A stretch of DNA of 63,427 nt, filler included, from Candidatus Hydrogenedentota bacterium (GTDB lineage: Bacteria; JBFMHD01): assembly GCA_040752395.1 (NCBI GenBank). It is 16 parts of 16 records of this genome, joined end to end, with 100 filler letters (N's around TTAATTAATTAA, not from the genome) between each part and the next. Parts side by side here need not be neighbours in the genome. Positions count along the whole stretch, not along the records: positions 46,591 to 63,427 come from JBFMHD010000033.1; 15 more parts are not named here. One strand, given 5' to 3'. The notes beneath the pieces are model-generated. The model had not been told where the DNA came from. It saw only the letters and a list, made by a program, of their open reading frames with translations, and did not search any database. Below, piece after piece: positions 62,321 to 63,427 of the stretch; the first letter of the stretch is position 1; every line of letters begins with the position of its first letter. A program made the translations under genes and the position numbers.

Positions 62321-63313
62321 CTAACCTTGTCTTAAATAAGCAGCTGCTTCCTCAGGTGGTGTGGGATTAATAAAAAAACCAGTGCCAAGTTCAAAGCCTG
62401 CTTCAATAGTAAGTTTGGGTATTATCTCAAAATGAAAATGATATGATTCAGAAAACTGGGTGCGCAAAGGTGAGGTGTGCAAAACAAGATTATAAGGCGA
62501 GTTTTCAAGAACTCTATAAATTCTTGCAAGGGTTTCTCTCAAAACCTCAGCTAATCCGCTTATCTCTTTTTTACCTATTATATCAAATGAATGAAAATGC
62601 TTTCTTGGTAGCACCCAGCTTTCAAATGGAAATCTTGAGGCAAACGGACAAAAAGATACTGCTTCCTCATTCATAGCAATTATTCTTTTAACGCCCCTTT
62701 CTTCCTCATCAATCATATCACAATAAACACATCTCTCTTTATAATCATAATGATATTTTGCTCCATATATCTCTTCTTTTATACGTTTCGGGATAACAGG
62801 TGTCCCTATAAGTTGAGAATGTGAATGTTCAAGTAAACCGCCAGCTGCTCTACCGTGATTTTTAAAAATCTGAACATATTTTAATCTTTCATCTTTGCTT
62901 AAAGCCCTCAATCTATTATGAAAAGCCCATAAAACTTCTTCTATTGATTGGGAGTTCATAAGAGAGAGTATCTGATTGTGGTCAGATGTTTCTACAATAA
63001 TCTCATGACACCCAAACCCGGCTATCTTATCATACATCCCCTCGCCCTTTCGTATAGCATCAATATCAGTCAGTAAAATAGGAAATTTATTCGGTACAAC
63101 TCTAACCCACCAGCCTGGCTCATTTGGTTTGGTACCTGGCTTACGAAAACCAAGTACCTCAGGAGGCGTATTCACTTCATTCCCCTCGCACAATGGACAG
63201 AAACCTCCTTTTCTTGTTTTATCTTCGCTACCGAAGTCAGATGGTCGTTTGCCACGTTCAGTGGCTATAATAACCCATCTGCTTGTAACAGGGTCTTTTC
63301 TCCATTCAGGCAT
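62321..63313 (-). CDS. galT: Galactose-1-phosphate uridylyltransferase
   Basis: RKDP...WVI.A.ER..RP, CPLC.GNE, EHSHSQ; start moved to ATG 63313. Confidence 0.92.
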   Translation of the reverse strand: MPEWRKDPVTSRWVIIATERGKRPSDFGSEDKTRKGGFCPLCEGNEVNTPPEVLGFRKPGTKPNEPGWWVRVVPNKFPILLTDIDAIRKGEGMYDKIAGFGCHEIIVETSDHNQILSLMNSQSIEEVLWAFHNRLRALSKDERLKYVQIFKNHGRAAGGLLEHSHSQLIGTPVIPKRIKEEIYGAKYHYDYKERCVYCDMIDEEERGVKRIIAMNEEAVSFCPFASRFPFESWVLPRKHFHSFDIIGKKEISGLAEVLRETLARIYRVLENSPYNLVLHTSPLRTQFSESYHFHFEIIPKLTIEAGFELGTGFFINPTPPEEAAAYLRQG

Positions 63314-63321
63314 AGTTACAT

Positions 63322-63427
63322 CTCCTCTGGAAAACGCTGTAACTCTAATAATATCAAGTAGAAGCAAGAAGCAAGATAAACAAACATCTGGTTTTTCATC
63401 CTTTGTGTAGAGCGCAAAAACGCAATA
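63322..63427 (-). repeat. Composite modular element upstream of galT
   Basis: Near identical to 6567-6680. Confidence 0.9.

Overview
This window is not one locus. It is about 16 contigs of a low-GC, probably diderm and uncultured bacterium (MAG-like), joined by artificial N/TTAATTAATTAA/N linkers, so gene adjacency across linkers means nothing. Most coding content is housekeeping (efp-like, sppA, metW, tgt, truB, ribF, nagZ, lplT-aas, dapB, glnB, glnE, asd, pilC, pilD, ribD, rtcB-archease, galT, tRNA-Asp, tRNA-Leu). The main unexplained signal is a family of about 24 composite intergenic elements built from a small vocabulary of palindromic modules with 7-9-nt tandem-repeat arms, joined at ATGAAAA/TTTTCA hubs. 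Most end in one conserved ~31-bp terminus (ATTATTAGAGTTACAGCGTTTTTCAGAGGAG, 18 copies); 15 copies point at a start codon within about 25 nt and most appear to supply its Shine-Dalgarno site. Also present: two related attC-like sites and an attI-like site that make an RM system and an aspartyl-protease pair look like integron cassettes, a second dispersed ~105-bp repeat family, IS3, IS110 and MITE remnants, a divergent class I adenylate cyclase-like gene and two secreted multi-CBM48 proteins. All product calls come from motif recognition only; no searches were run.
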